Source: Cyanophora paradoxa CCMP329 (lineage: Eukaryota; Plantae; Glaucophyta). Taken from it: DNA of 64,000 nucleotides. Below, piece after piece: positions 44,501-56,500 of the stretch (its first letter is position 1; each line of letters starts with the position of its first letter). The notes under the pieces are model-generated. The model did not search any database and was not told the origin of the DNA. It saw nothing but the letters and a program-made list of their open reading frames with translations. The translations under genes were made by a program, and so were the position numbers. The stretch spans positions 1-64,000 of the forward strand of contig QPMI01000626.1 in assembly GCA_004431415.1 (NCBI GenBank). The letters are read 5' to 3'.

Positions 44501-47500
44501 CGGAGAGAAAGAGTGGCCTTCCGCACTGCGGCGCCCCCGCGATCCGCGCCGTCTGCCAACACCCAAGTCAGACTGCAAGCGAGGCAAAGCGAAGCAGATC
44601 AAAGGGGAACGGCGCGCCCGCTGGGCGGCCATGGCCTTGCCGACCAGGGCGAGGTCGGCCTCCGCCATCGCCGCCGCCTCGCGCGACGAGAGCGGCTCCA
44701 GCTGCGCGCCCGCTCAGCAGCCGGCGAGGGGGTACAGCAGGTCAGGGCGCGCCTCGAGGCGGGCGAAGGACCCGAGCTTCGCCTGCACCAGCTCGTCCCT
44801 CGCCACGGCGGCTGCGGCGGGCGGGCGGGCGGGCGGGCGGGCGTGAGCTGCGGGAGGGCGGGCGGGCGGAGCCGGCCGGCGGGCGGACAGTCGGAGGAGA
44901 GGGAGACGACGAGGCGCAGGCGGTCAGAGGCCGCTTTGTGGGGCAGCCAGACCAGCCGCCGCGCCTCCACCCCCCCGAACTGCCGCCCCGTCAAGCGGTC
45001 CGGGGTACTGCCGCCGCCGAGCGATGGGGGGGGGGTACGGCGCACGCGCTCGGCGCCGTCGACGAGGAGGAGGAGGCGGCGGGGGAGGGCGCCGCGGGTT
45101 GCCTCCAGCCAACCCGCGAACCTGCCGCGCGCCAGTCAGGCCTCGAGCTCGAGCCGCGGGGCGGGGCGGGATGGACGGGCGGCGCACCGGCCGCAGGCGA
45201 CGGCCTCGTCGTCCCACGCGCCGCGGGACTCCTCCTGCCGCCTCGTCGGCCCCGCCGCGCTTTAGGGAGAGCAAGAACGGGAATTGGAAGGCTCGCCTCT
45301 TCGAGGGACGGGTCGGGCTCCCCGCGCCACGCCGCCGCCTCCTCCCGCACCCGCCTGAGGCGCCGGTCGGGCGAGCGCCAGGCACGGACCCTCGGAGCGA
45401 GAAAGCTGCAGGGGTACCGGAAGAGGTCGGAGAAGGACATGCCGCCCTCTGCCGCCCCCGCCACGTAGTGCTCCACCACCAGCTGGCGGGCCAGCGGCTC
45501 GGGCGGGAAAACGGGGGGTGGGAGAAGTAGGGAGGTACGGCACCTCGTCTGGGTGCTGGGCGCGCCAGAGCGCGGCGAACTGGGCTAGCAGCGCTGCGCC
45601 CGGGCGGCGCGCAGAGCCCCGAGTCAAGCCGAGTCAAGCCCCGAGTCAAGTCCTTGTAAGGAGGAGTGAATAGGGCAGCACCGCTCTTGCCGATGCCTTC
45701 GGGTCCGAGTAGGGCGAGGGGCGCCGGTTCGGCTCCCGACGCGTACCCCCGAAGCGCCGCCAGCGGCTCCTCCCGCCCGACGAACGCCCTCCGCAGCACC
45801 TGCGCCGGCACCTCTACCCAGGACCGAGTCGACAGGGGGGTACGCGCACCTCGCCCTCGGCGAAGTGCTCGAGCCGGCGCTCCTCTACCCAGGGGCGGTC
45901 CGCCCCCGCGGGATAGTCCCGCTCAAGAAGCTGCCGCAGGGAGGGAGGAAGAAGCGGCTCAGCTGAGAGGGAGGGGAACGCTCGTGGCAACGTTCACCCG
46001 GAAGAGGTCGTCGTGGAGGGCGCCCGCGAGGTCCGCGAAGGAGCGGTACCCCCTCGTCGGCATCCCCGCCGCCGCCACCTGCGCGGGGCGCGCCCGTCAG
46101 GGCGCCCGTCACGAAGAATGGAGCGGGCGGGCGGGCGGGCGGGCTCGCCTCTCTCTTGAGGGCGTCGAGGCGGGAGGCCTGCGGGGGCCCGGCCCGTAAG
46201 GCGGCAGAAGGCAACAAGGCGGCCCGGCCCGTAAGGCGAAGGCAGCAACAAGCCGCACGGCGTAGGGGCCCTCTGGCTCGCCCGAGTCGGCGGCCGCCAG
46301 CTCCGCGCTCGCGATGTAGAAGAGGCTCCGCCTCCGCGCCTCCTAGGAGCCCGCGCGCCCCCGTGAGCCGGCGTGGGTGGCGGGGGAGGAGGTGGGGGGC
46401 CGGCTCGGCAGGCACCTCGGGACGCAGGAGGGACCCCAGGCGGATCTCCCTGCGGGGGGCGTCGACTCCGGGGCTCCAGGGGCGGACGAGAAGGGGGTAC
46501 ATGAAACTCGGGGCGCACAGCTCGGTGACGCTGTTTTCGCGGTACTCGCGCACGAAGGGGTACTCTCCCACCGCGTTCTCCAGCGCCCTGCACGTGCGTA
46601 CCCCCCGTTTAGATATGGGGGATATAGAAGGACCCAGGGCGGGGCGGGGCGGGGTGCACGTGGTGAGGAGCGGGTCATCCTTGCCCGGCGCCAGGTGCCA
46701 CCCTGCGCGTACCCCCCCGCGCCCCCCGCTCGGATGCGACCGATCGCAGCGGGGGCGACAGCTGCAGGGGTACCGTAACGGCCTGCGATGGGGATCGAGG
46801 TCAGGTCGGAACGAGGGAAGCGCGGCGGGCGGGCGGGCGGGCGGGCGGGCGCCGGGGCGGGCCTTTGAGCATAGCGACGAAGTAAGAAGCCCGCTCGACC
46901 TCCCGGAGGCAGAGAAGGACCACCTTCCCGCCCTGCACCTCCTCCTCCGTGATGCCCTGCGCCGGGGATGGGCGGGTGACGGGCGGGAGGAGGCGATCGA
47001 GCCGCCCACCCATCTAACGGGCGAGAGTGAGGCGCGTGCGCGGGGGCGGAGAAGGCGCGGGGTGTGGCGGCACCCACCGGAGGTCGATGAAGGAGAGGAA
47101 GAGGCCCCGCCTGGCGCACTCGCGCCGGAGCCGCGGCAGGGCGCTCCTGTTGATTTCGTTGCGCTCCTCCTGCATGTCTCGGAAGCTGCGCGAGCCGCGG
47201 GGTCGGCGCGGGGGCGGGGACGCTTATGCTTGCACGCGCAGCCACGCACGTCGAGCTAAGGAAGATCCGCAGCGTGCGCTTATCCGTCGCCGAGACGCCC
47301 CTGGGCATCGCTGCCAAGGGATCATGATCAGTTGACTCGCGATCGGAGGTCGACGTTGTGCACAGCGCGGACCCGGTTGCTGGGGGATCTTCATGGCGTT
47401 GGGAATCTGCACGCCATGCACGATGCGGTCCGCTGCTGGCGGTGGCGGTGGCGGTGGCTGAACGGCGGCCGGCTGCGCTTGAAAAGCCGCTTGCCCCCGC

Positions 47501-47715
47501 GAGTCATGCAGAGCCGCCTGCACGAGGCGAAGATCAGCTACGATTCTTTCGAAAAGCACACAGCCGCTACCGCTGCGTCGACGTCGCGTGCTCACCGGTG
47601 GAGGAGGCGCCGGTGCCCCAGCGCCCGCCCGCTGCTCAGCGCCCGCCCGCTGCTCAGCGCTTCTACGGCCGCCCTCCGTCCTCGGCTTCCGCTTGCACAT
47701 GCCGAAGAGCCCCAT
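41589..47715 (-). CDS. DUF4062 + P-loop (NACHT/AAA-like) NTPase + TPR protein (NPHP3/TTC41/TEP1-like architecture)
   Basis: LRIFLSST-FRDMQEERN..IDLRW-GITEEE..LCLREVER..GRYG..SVTEL-EI (DUF4062); FVGREEPL..LALLGPEGIGKS-ALLAQF (Walker A); kinesin-light-chain-type TPRs (LREALAARERLLGAGHP, LGESHPTTL, RGPLHPAA). N-terminus MGLFGMCKRK. Confidence 0.85.
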
Positions 47716-48132
47716 CTCGGCCGAACCGCGAGGCGCTGCCGAACGGCTGGGACGCTGTAGCCCCCGGAGCTCCAACCTGATCAAATTGGGCTCGCCGGCG
47801 CCTCCAGCCGGCGCCTTCCCGAGAAGCGAGCAGGTAGCGCAGATCGCACAGACCAAGACCGCGAGCGAGCCCCGCACCAGCAGCGACGTCAGAGTTACGT
47901 AAAAACCGACGTACTTGCTGCGTGGGTCGACGACAGTACCCCTCGGCCGGGAGCTCTAGGAGGCAGCGGGTTCGTCTCAGCCGCCAGCGGAGCGCCAGGT
48001 ACGCCGAACCGCGAGTAAACTAGCCGCTTTCTTTCAAGAGCCGGTCGTCGGCCGCGCACAAGCCCTGCGCTAACGACCACCACCTTTGCCCGCTGTCAGT
48101 GTCCGGCCCGTTCGGCCCCCTTCCCTAGCAAG

Positions 48133-51014
48133 ATGGCGACCGTTGCAGGGAAGTACGAGAAACAGGTGTGTGTAATTCCCGTGCCCGCGGGCGGGCCTGA
48201 GCCCTCCCTCCGAGCCGCTCCGCCAAAGACCCCATGTTCGTGTGCCGCTGACCAACTCCGCGCGCAGATTGACGATGATCAGAAGTCAGGCACAAAGGTG
48301 GAGGCGGAGAAGCCCAAGAAGGAGGTGCGCCGCGGCCTAACTGCTCCGGCTGACCGGCCGCGGCCGCGCTGCGAATCCCTCGCACAGCCGACTCCAAACT
48401 CCCTCTCGCGCACTTCTCACGCATCCCCTCGCCCGCAGGCCACCAAGGGCGTTATCGACGCGGAGGACGATGAGGACCTTGTCTCGCGCAACATCCGCCA
48501 GCAGCAGCAGCTGGAAGAGAACGTAAACCAGAGCTGGCTTCAGCTCATTACCTCCGACGGCCTATGGCTGTTCATCGCGGCGTTCCTGTCGCTCGTCTCG
48601 GCGTCGGCGGACCTGTTCTATCCGTACATGATCGGTCTCGTCTACAGGCACCTCATGCAGGCGATTCAGATGGCCAACGCGACCGAGAAGTGGAGCTTCG
48701 AGGAGGTGCTCGAGCCCATCATCATCCTCTTCTCGTGCCAGTGGCTCGCCACCACCACGAACAAGGCCATCGTGGCCATGTGCAAGCGGCGCCTGTCGAC
48801 CCGCGTGCGCAAGCAGCTCTTCGCCAACCTCATCTCCCAGGACCTCGAGTTCTTCGACCGCGGCAAAGTCGGCGAGATGGTGTCCCGCCTCATGAAGGAC
48901 GTCGGCATGCTCGAGGGCTTCCTCATCGACTCGCCGCTCCAGATCATCGCGTCCGCGTTCAAGCTTGTCGGCTGCTGCGTCATCACGTGCATCCTCTCGT
49001 GGCGCCTGGCCCTCGTCAACATGCTCCTCATCCCGATCTTCGGTGTGCTCGCCGTCATCTTCGGCCACCAGTCCAAGAAGGTCGGCAAGCACTACACCAG
49101 CACCGTCGCCTCGGTCTCCCAGTCGGCCACGGAGCTCCTCGCCTCGGTCCGCACGATTCAGGCCTTCGGCCGTGAGAAAGACGCCGAGATCAAGTTCAAC
49201 AAGAAGGTCAACGAGGAGCACGACGTGCGAGAGTCGACCGGCAACATCCAGGTCCGGTTTCCCCTCAAGCTACCCCCGCGCCGGAGCCGGGCCTCACGCG
49301 CCGCGCCGGCAGATCGCGTGGCGCTGCAGCGAGGACGTGTTCGTCAAGGTCCTGCAGGTCGTCTCCCTGTGGTACGGCGCTGTCCTCGTCGTCCAGGGCC
49401 AGCTCGATATCGAGTACATTATCGTGTTCCAGATGGTGCGCTGCCGCCGCCGCGCCCGCCGCGCCTCACCCGCGCCGGCCTGACGCGCCGGCCCCGCGCG
49501 CGCGCAGTACGCCCGCCTGCTGCAGGGCGCTATCTCGGCGCTCTTCATGAACGGCTCGCGCGTCTTCCAGCTGTACGAGATGCTCCGGCCGCTGCGCAAG
49601 CTGCTCTTCGCGACGCCCAAGCTCTTCCGCGACGGCATCACGCCGGGCCCGTCCTTCGAGAAGGGCCTCACCGTCAAGAACGTCGACTTCGCGTATCCGA
49701 ACCTAAAGCACTTCGTGCTGGAGGACATCAGCTTCACCGTCCCGTGCCGCTCCATCGTCGGCGTCGTCGGCCGCTCCGGCTCCGGCAAGTCGACCCTCCT
49801 GCAGCTCCTCCTCCGCTTCTACGACGCCCAGAACGGCTCCATCCGCCTCGACGGGCACGACCTCCGGACTCTCGACCTCAAGTGGCTCCGCGAGCGCTTC
49901 GGCTACGTCTCCCAGGTGCCGCCGACCGCCCGCCCGCTCGTGCGCCCCGCCCCGCCTCGGCGCCCACTCACGCGCGCCGCAGGAGCCGGTCGTGCTCAAC
50001 GCGTCGGTCGCCGAGAACATCGCCTTCGGCGCCCGCGAGATGGACTTCCGCTCCCGCGAGCTCTGGGACATGGTGCTCTGGGCCTCCAAGGCCGCGCAGG
50101 CCCACCAGTTCATCCGCGAGCTCCCCAACGGCTACAAGACCCAGCTCGGCGCGAACGGCGCGCACCTCTCCGGTGGCCAGAAGCAGCGCATCGCCATCGC
50201 CCGCGCCCTCATCCGCCGGTGCGGGCCGCCCCCACCCTCGCGGCGCCCCCGCCCGCTCGCCTGAGCCCGGACGGCGCGCAGGCCCGACATCCTCGTGCTC
50301 GACGAGGCGACCAGCTGCCTGGACCCCGTCACCGAGCGCCAGCTCATGACCGGTGCGCCCGCGCCGCCTGCGCCCCGCCCGCCCCGGGCCGTCGATCGAG
50401 CCGCGGGCGGCGCAGGGCTCGGGAACCTGCAGACGTCGGACAACGCGCCGTGGCAGCCGAAGATCGTGTTCATCATCGCCCACCGGATGTCCCTCGTCCG
50501 CAACGCGGACCAGATCCTCGTCATCGACAAGGGCCGCGTCGCGCAGGCCGGCACCCACAACCAGCTCGTGCAGCAGGGCGGCCTCTACGCCCAGCTCCTC
50601 GCCTCGGGCAAGAAGGACGGCGCGCCGGGCCCCGGCGGCCCCGCCCCCGACGGCCCCAAGCTGGCGATGGCCGCCACCACGGCCACCGACGCCGGCGCGG
50701 GCGTCCTGTTCGCGCCCAACGCGGCTGCGATGGCCAAGGCGCAGGCGGCGCAGCAGCAGCAGATGATGCAGGCCCAGATGCAGGCCCAGATGCAGGCCCA
50801 GATGCAGGCGCAGATGCAGCAGCAGCAGCAGCAGATGATGATGATGCAGCAGCAGATGCAGGCGCAGGCCGCCGCGGCCGCGCAGCAGCAGGCACAGGGC
50901 GGCGAGGCGGGGCCTTCCTCCTCGTCCCCGACGGGCCCCCAGCCCGACAACGGCGTCGCCACCTCCCCCGCCAAGGGCGCGGAGGGCCTCAAGTACATCC
51001 TTAAGTGGGTGTAG
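48133..51014 (+). CDS. ABC transporter B-family half transporter (TMD-NBD; TAP/ABCB10-like) with Q/M-rich tail
   Basis: TMD with RVRKQLFANLISQDLEFFD..GEMVSRL and VRTIQAFGRE; Walker A GRSGSGKST; Q-loop VSQEP; signature LSGGQKQRIAIARAL; Walker B/D-loop ILVLDEATSCLD; H-loop IAHR. Confidence 0.93.
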
Positions 51015-51372
51015 GGCGCCCACGTTCTTCTAGGCAGCCGTAGCTTAGGCCCACTCCTCCCGCCCCGCCCCTCCTTTTTTTCGTTCCTTCCTCAACCTTC
51101 TCCTGCGTGTCCCTTACCCCCGACACGGTGCCTTCGCTGAGAGCGTCGGCTCTGTTCCCCTAAAACCGGGCGCCAACCGGATTCACAGCTATTTTGTATG
51201 CTCCATATCTAGTCTTTACCGAATGCATGAGCGTATCGCGCTTTTGAACGAAAGACACGACGAAACGAATTGGTGTGCACAAAGTTGGGAGGGAGGTGGC
51301 GATGCATGCAAGGCGGGTGTCCAAAGAGGGAAGACAGGCGTTCGAAAAAGAAACCCTAAGCAGAAAGACGGC

Positions 51373-52118
51373 CTAGTAGCCGATATCCCTGAAGTACTTG
51401 CCGAGCTTTTCTACGGAGTCGCGGCAGTTCGCGGTGGTGCTGCTGTGGTCGTGGTAGCCGACGATGACGCACCGCGCGGTCTTGTAGCACACCAGGCCGT
51501 TCTGGCCCTGCGAGCACAAGAAAGCGTAAGTCGGGATAATCGTGAGACTTGCAAACGAAGCGACGACATTTAGAGAGAAAGAGCAACACTGTCGCCGTAT
51601 CCGACGCGGCAACAGAGGTCCGCTAGCTGGGCGCGGCCGACGGGACGAACCTGCTTGCCGACGAGAAGGAACGCCTCGTCGTTCTCCTCCTCACGAGTGA
51701 TGAACATGAACTTCACACCGAATGCGTAGATTCCATACTGCGGGCCCACATCCCTCTCCTGGAAGCACCGCAGCATGTGCGCAGCCTCCTCTGGTGTGAC
51801 ATTCCAGCCCGGCGTGCCGGCCCACGGGGTGAACGACGCATCCAGTCCGAAGATGCAGCCAGCCAGGACTTTCTGTAGTCCACGGGCGTCCGGCGCCGTG
51901 AGGTGCTGCGCGAAAACGGGCGATAAGAGCCGGAAAACGGCGCGTCGCAGCACCGCCGGAGCATATCCAGAAGAAGCAGCGAACCTGGTCGATGTATTGC
52001 TGCGGAATGCGGCCGCGGCGCAAACCGGCGAGAGCCCGTCAGAAAGTTCCATTTGAAAGGCGGTAAGACGGCCGCGAAGCGGGGGCTCTACATAGCATGA
52101 ACGCACCTGCCAGCTCAT
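51373..52118 (-). CDS. Profilin (paralogue 1)
   Basis: MSWQ-QYIDQ-HLTAPDARGLQKVLAGCIFGLD...WAGTPGW..GIYAFGVKFMFI...GKQ-GQNGLVCYKTARCVIVGYH...VEKLGKYFRDIGY*. Confidence 0.9.
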
Positions 52119-52723
52119 CCTGCTTGGCGCGCTTCTCTCGTCTGAAGTGGTTGATGTCCGCGTACTGCGGTACCCCTGCGAACGAACGAAGCCGACGGGC
52201 GCGACGTCGACGTACTTGTACATGTACTGAACCCGCGCGGCCGACGCCGGCGCCGCGGCGTCCGCATACGCATGCGCATGCGCACCCTCCGGCCAATTGC
52301 AAGGCAACGCGAACTCGAAGAGTCGACGTCAGTGACTCGTTAACACTTCGATCAAAGGCCAAGGATAGCGATGCTCCATATGCATGTAACACCTGCATGA
52401 AAATACATCGGCGACTAGAAATACAATGGCATCTGCAGAACTCACTGCGAATGGCCGAACTGGATGCCTACGCGCTATGGCCTGATTGTACAGACTAAGA
52501 AACTGCCATACTCTGTCCTGGATTCAAAATACAACTCAACAGGGCGCGCCGCCGCCGAGAAAACGGCAGAAATCGCCGAAGCGGATCTGAAAAAGAATCG
52601 AGCCTCCCCCGCGTGACTAGCGGGAGTGCGCAACAAGGGCACGAGCAGCAAGTGCGTGTAGACGACGAGGCAGCTGCAGTGCCCGCGTCCAGGAGGTAGA
52701 TGTCAGGATTTCTAGGCGCTGGC

Positions 52724-53356
52724 TCAGTAACCGACCTGGGCGGGACGAAGCACGTTAGCTATGCAGAGAGCAGCGGCGGAGGCAAGGAGCCTTACCTCGC
52801 GGAAGTACTGTCCTAGCCGGGAGATGATCGCGTTGCACTGGCCGGGGTTCCCGTTCACGTTCTCGTCGTAGAAGCCCAGAACTACGCATTGGTTTGTTCG
52901 GTACGCGCAAATGCCCTGGTGCGCCTGCGGAGCGAATGGTCATGGGCGTGCCAGAGCAGCGGGGCGCTCTCGGCGTGCAGCGGCGCACCCGCTTCGCAAG
53001 CAGCATATCATCCTCGCATCTTATGAGCTGAAAACGCTGCCCGCACGCGACGACGCCCGCCTCCCCGCTCGCCGGGTCGTTGAAGCACTGCAGTATTTGC
53101 GCGGCCTCGTCCTGTGAGAGATTCCAGCCTTGCGAGGTGGCCCAGAGGGTTCCATCGACGCCGAAGACGACAGCAGCCCTGACGAGGCCTGTGCCAACGA
53201 GGTGCTGCGCGGCGGGGTTGGGCGACGAAAAAGCGCGGATGGGCGGGCAGCGGCCAACCTGATCGACGTATTCCTGAGCGACGCGAGGGTCAGCGTCAGC
53301 GTAAGGGACGCGTAGCGGGGGCTCATTGCGTAGTGCACCTGCCAGGTCGTCGCCAT
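52724..53356 (-). CDS. Profilin (paralogue 2)
   Basis: MATTWQ-EYVDQ-HLVGTGLVRAAVVFGVDGTLWATSQGWNLSQDEAAQILQCF..GVVACGQRFQLIR..LLAKR-AHQGICAYRTNQCVVLGFYDE..SRLGQYFRE-VGY*; not represented in the ORF track. Confidence 0.88.
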
Positions 53357-53572
53357 CGCAAGGTTAGCAGCTCTCGTTAACACCTATGAGAGAATCGCGC
53401 GATCTCCGAGCTAAGTCTACACGGCACAGGACGGGCAAGGACGAATGCCGGCCACGCGTGCTTGCTTCCGCGCTCTACCCCTCTCAAACTCCCTCCCGGG
53501 GCCCAGCGCCACTTTAGCTGCAGGCGTCTAGCAGCGCTCAGCGATGGAAACCCGCGCTGAGCTACGTTGAGG

Positions 53573-56500
53573 ATGCCCCAGACCAATCGGCCGCGGTCCG
53601 CGCCGCGCGCCGGGGGACACCAGCCGGGAGCCCCGCCGCTGCACGGCCAGCTGCCGCAGGGGGGAGGTCAGCTCCTCCCGGCGATCCTTACAGCTCGGAC
53701 GCGACGGCCGGTGTACCTGGATTTCCCCCACCTCGAGCTGGAAGACGTGGCACCGAAATCGGTACGCGCCCGCGCAGCTCGAGCGACCCCGCGCTGATCT
53801 CCTCCATAGCCGCGCGATGCACCACAGGCGAGAAGCGGGCCCGCGACGCCCAGGGCGAAGTGGCTCGTGCAGCGCAGCGAAATCACTGGTGCGCCTTTGC
53901 GTTGGCGCGTCCTCGAGCTCAGGCCGCCGCGTGAGGCCGCTTGTCGTGCAGAGCGCGTCAACGTCAAGGCCGCCGAGCGGCTCGACGCGCTCACCTCCTC
54001 GGCCGGCGACCTGAAGACCGACCCGCTCCTCCGCTTCCGGTGCGGGCACCGGCACGGGGGCGTGCCGGGCGGGCGGGCGGGCGGGCGCGCCTCTCCGAGC
54101 GCCCATTCGGCGCGGCGCAGGCGGAAGCTGCAGGCGATCGACGACGTGCTCGCTCGGAAGAAGGTCGAAATTGAGCAAACGTTTGGTGCGCCGCCGCCCC
54201 GCCCCTCCCGCCCCGCTCATCCCGCTCCGCCCCTCCGCCCGCCCGCCCCTCCGCCCGCCCGCCCCTCCGCCCGCCCGCGCCTCCCTGACCACTGGTCTTC
54301 CAGACAGCGTTAGGGACCTGCTTGGTGCGTACCCCCGGCCTCCCCTTTCCGCACCCGGCGCCTCGTACCCCCCGAGCGCGAACCGCAGAGCGGGCGTCCG
54401 GCGGACCGGATCAGTACAAGGGGGTACTTCTAACCGACGGGGTACCGCGCACGGGCGTTTGCTCCAGCGGGACGTACCGGTACTACAAATACGTGGCGGG
54501 GGAGCCCGCCGTCGGGGTACGCTTCTCCGTGCGGGGCGCCCCCGGTTCCCCCTACCTCTTCGTGTCGACCACGACCGAGTACCCCTCCCGCGAGACCGCA
54601 ATGTGGTGCGCCCCTGGCGGAGCGCGCGCGGCTCCTTGTACCCCTTGTAGCCCGACCCCCTTTCCCCCCCCAGGTACACCAAGACGGGTAGCAGCGAGGT
54701 GGGGGCCGCCCCTCCCCGGCGGGACTCGCGTCTCGCGCGGCGCCGTAACGCCGTACCCCGCCCCGCAGGGCCTGACGGTTCTGAGCTCGGACCCGCGGTT
54801 CCAGGCCACGGGGGCGTGGTACATCGCCCTCTGCTCGCATACCCCCAGCGAGTACACGCTCTCCGCCAACTCGATACTCCGTGCGCGCGTACCCCCCTCT
54901 CCTCCCTGTACCCCTGTACCCCCTCCACCCTTCCTCCCTCCCTCCCCCGCCGCCCGGACCGAGCGGCCCGCCGCCGCCGCAGCGCTCAAGGAGGGCGTGA
55001 GGCGCGCCTCGCAAGTCTGCTCGGAGGCGTACCGCCTCTTCCGGTACCCCCCTCCTCCGCCCCCCTTCCCGCTCGGGGCCTCGGGCACAGAGGGGGGTAT
55101 CGGACAGGTTCGCGCTGACGGACGCGGGGGCGTCGCTGCGGGTGGAGAAGCGGGCGGGCGGCTCGCCGTCCGACCTCGAGCTCTTCGTATCCACATCAGG
55201 GCCCCCGACCCGGGTACTTGAGCTTCATTCGTTCATTCCCCGCCTTGCCCTCATCATCATCCTCTTCTTCCTGCGCAGGGGCACCACATGTGGCGCAGCG
55301 GTCGCTCGGAGGCGGTTGCGCTGTCGCCAGGCGCCGAGCACTTCGCCCCGGGGCCCTTCTACATCGCTGCGTACGGGGCGGCACCCACCGACGTACCCTT
55401 CTCGCTCCTCGTCCTCACCATGCAGGGCGCGCTCAGATCTGATCTGATCCGATACGATCTGATCTGATCTGAGGTCTGACCTGAACCTGATCTGAGCAGA
55501 CCTGAAGAGCGGCGTGGTCTGCAACGGGCGGGTACACGAGGGCGCATTCCGCTACTTCCGCCTCGAGAACACGATCCCGGGGGCGCCCGTCCGCGTCGAG
55601 CTCCGCTGCGCCGTACCCGGCGCCGCACTCTACGCCAGCACGAAGGACCCGTACCCCTCCAAGGCAGGCCGTCTCTCTTTTTGACTTTACCGCGCTCGGC
55701 CGTCTCTCTTTTTAACTTTACTGCGGCGCAGCAATCGTGCACGTGGCTGGCTGGGGACGCGGGCGGGCCGGCGGCCTTCGGGAGCCACGCGGACCCGTTT
55801 GCCGGGGCCGACGGCGAGGGCGGCGGCGCGCGGCCGCGGCTGCGGACCACCACTGTGGTCGCGATCGTGCGCCGCCGCCCCGCCCCGCCCTGCCCCGCTC
55901 CACCCCGCCCCGCCCCGCCCCGCCCCGCTCCGCTGCTCCGCTCAAATGTTTCTTTCGCCGCAGTCGATTGGGGCCGCGGACCCGGACTACCAGGCGCGCC
56001 GCGTTCGCTTTGGGCCCGGCGCGCGCGCCGACAGTCCGAGCGCAGGCGGAGGGGTACTACTACGTGGCCGTGAGCGCGGCCGCAACTGCCGACTTCACCA
56101 TCTGCGCCTCTATCGGCGGTGCGGCACCCAGCTTGTCATAGACTCTTATCTTAGTTTCTTCAGTTTCTTAATATCGATCCTTAATCATAACGTTACGACC
56201 ACGTCGCCCGCCCGCCCGCCCGCCCGCCCGCCGCTGATGAACGACGGCGGCGGCGGCGGCGCGGCAGGCAAGCGGGCGATGCGGGGGGCGCCCCAGGGCC
56301 CGCCGCGGGAGGCCGGGGAGCGCCGGCTGGCCCCCGCCGAGCTCGAGGTCGCGCGCAAGCTTGAGCACTTCCGCGAGAGCGCCGAGGAGCAGGAGGCCCT
56401 GCACGCCCGCATCGGTGAGCGAGCGAGCGAGCGAGCGCGCGGACGCCCAGCCTAGCCTCTAGGCTAGAGGCGGTTCTAAGGGCTCTAGCCTAGCCTTCGA

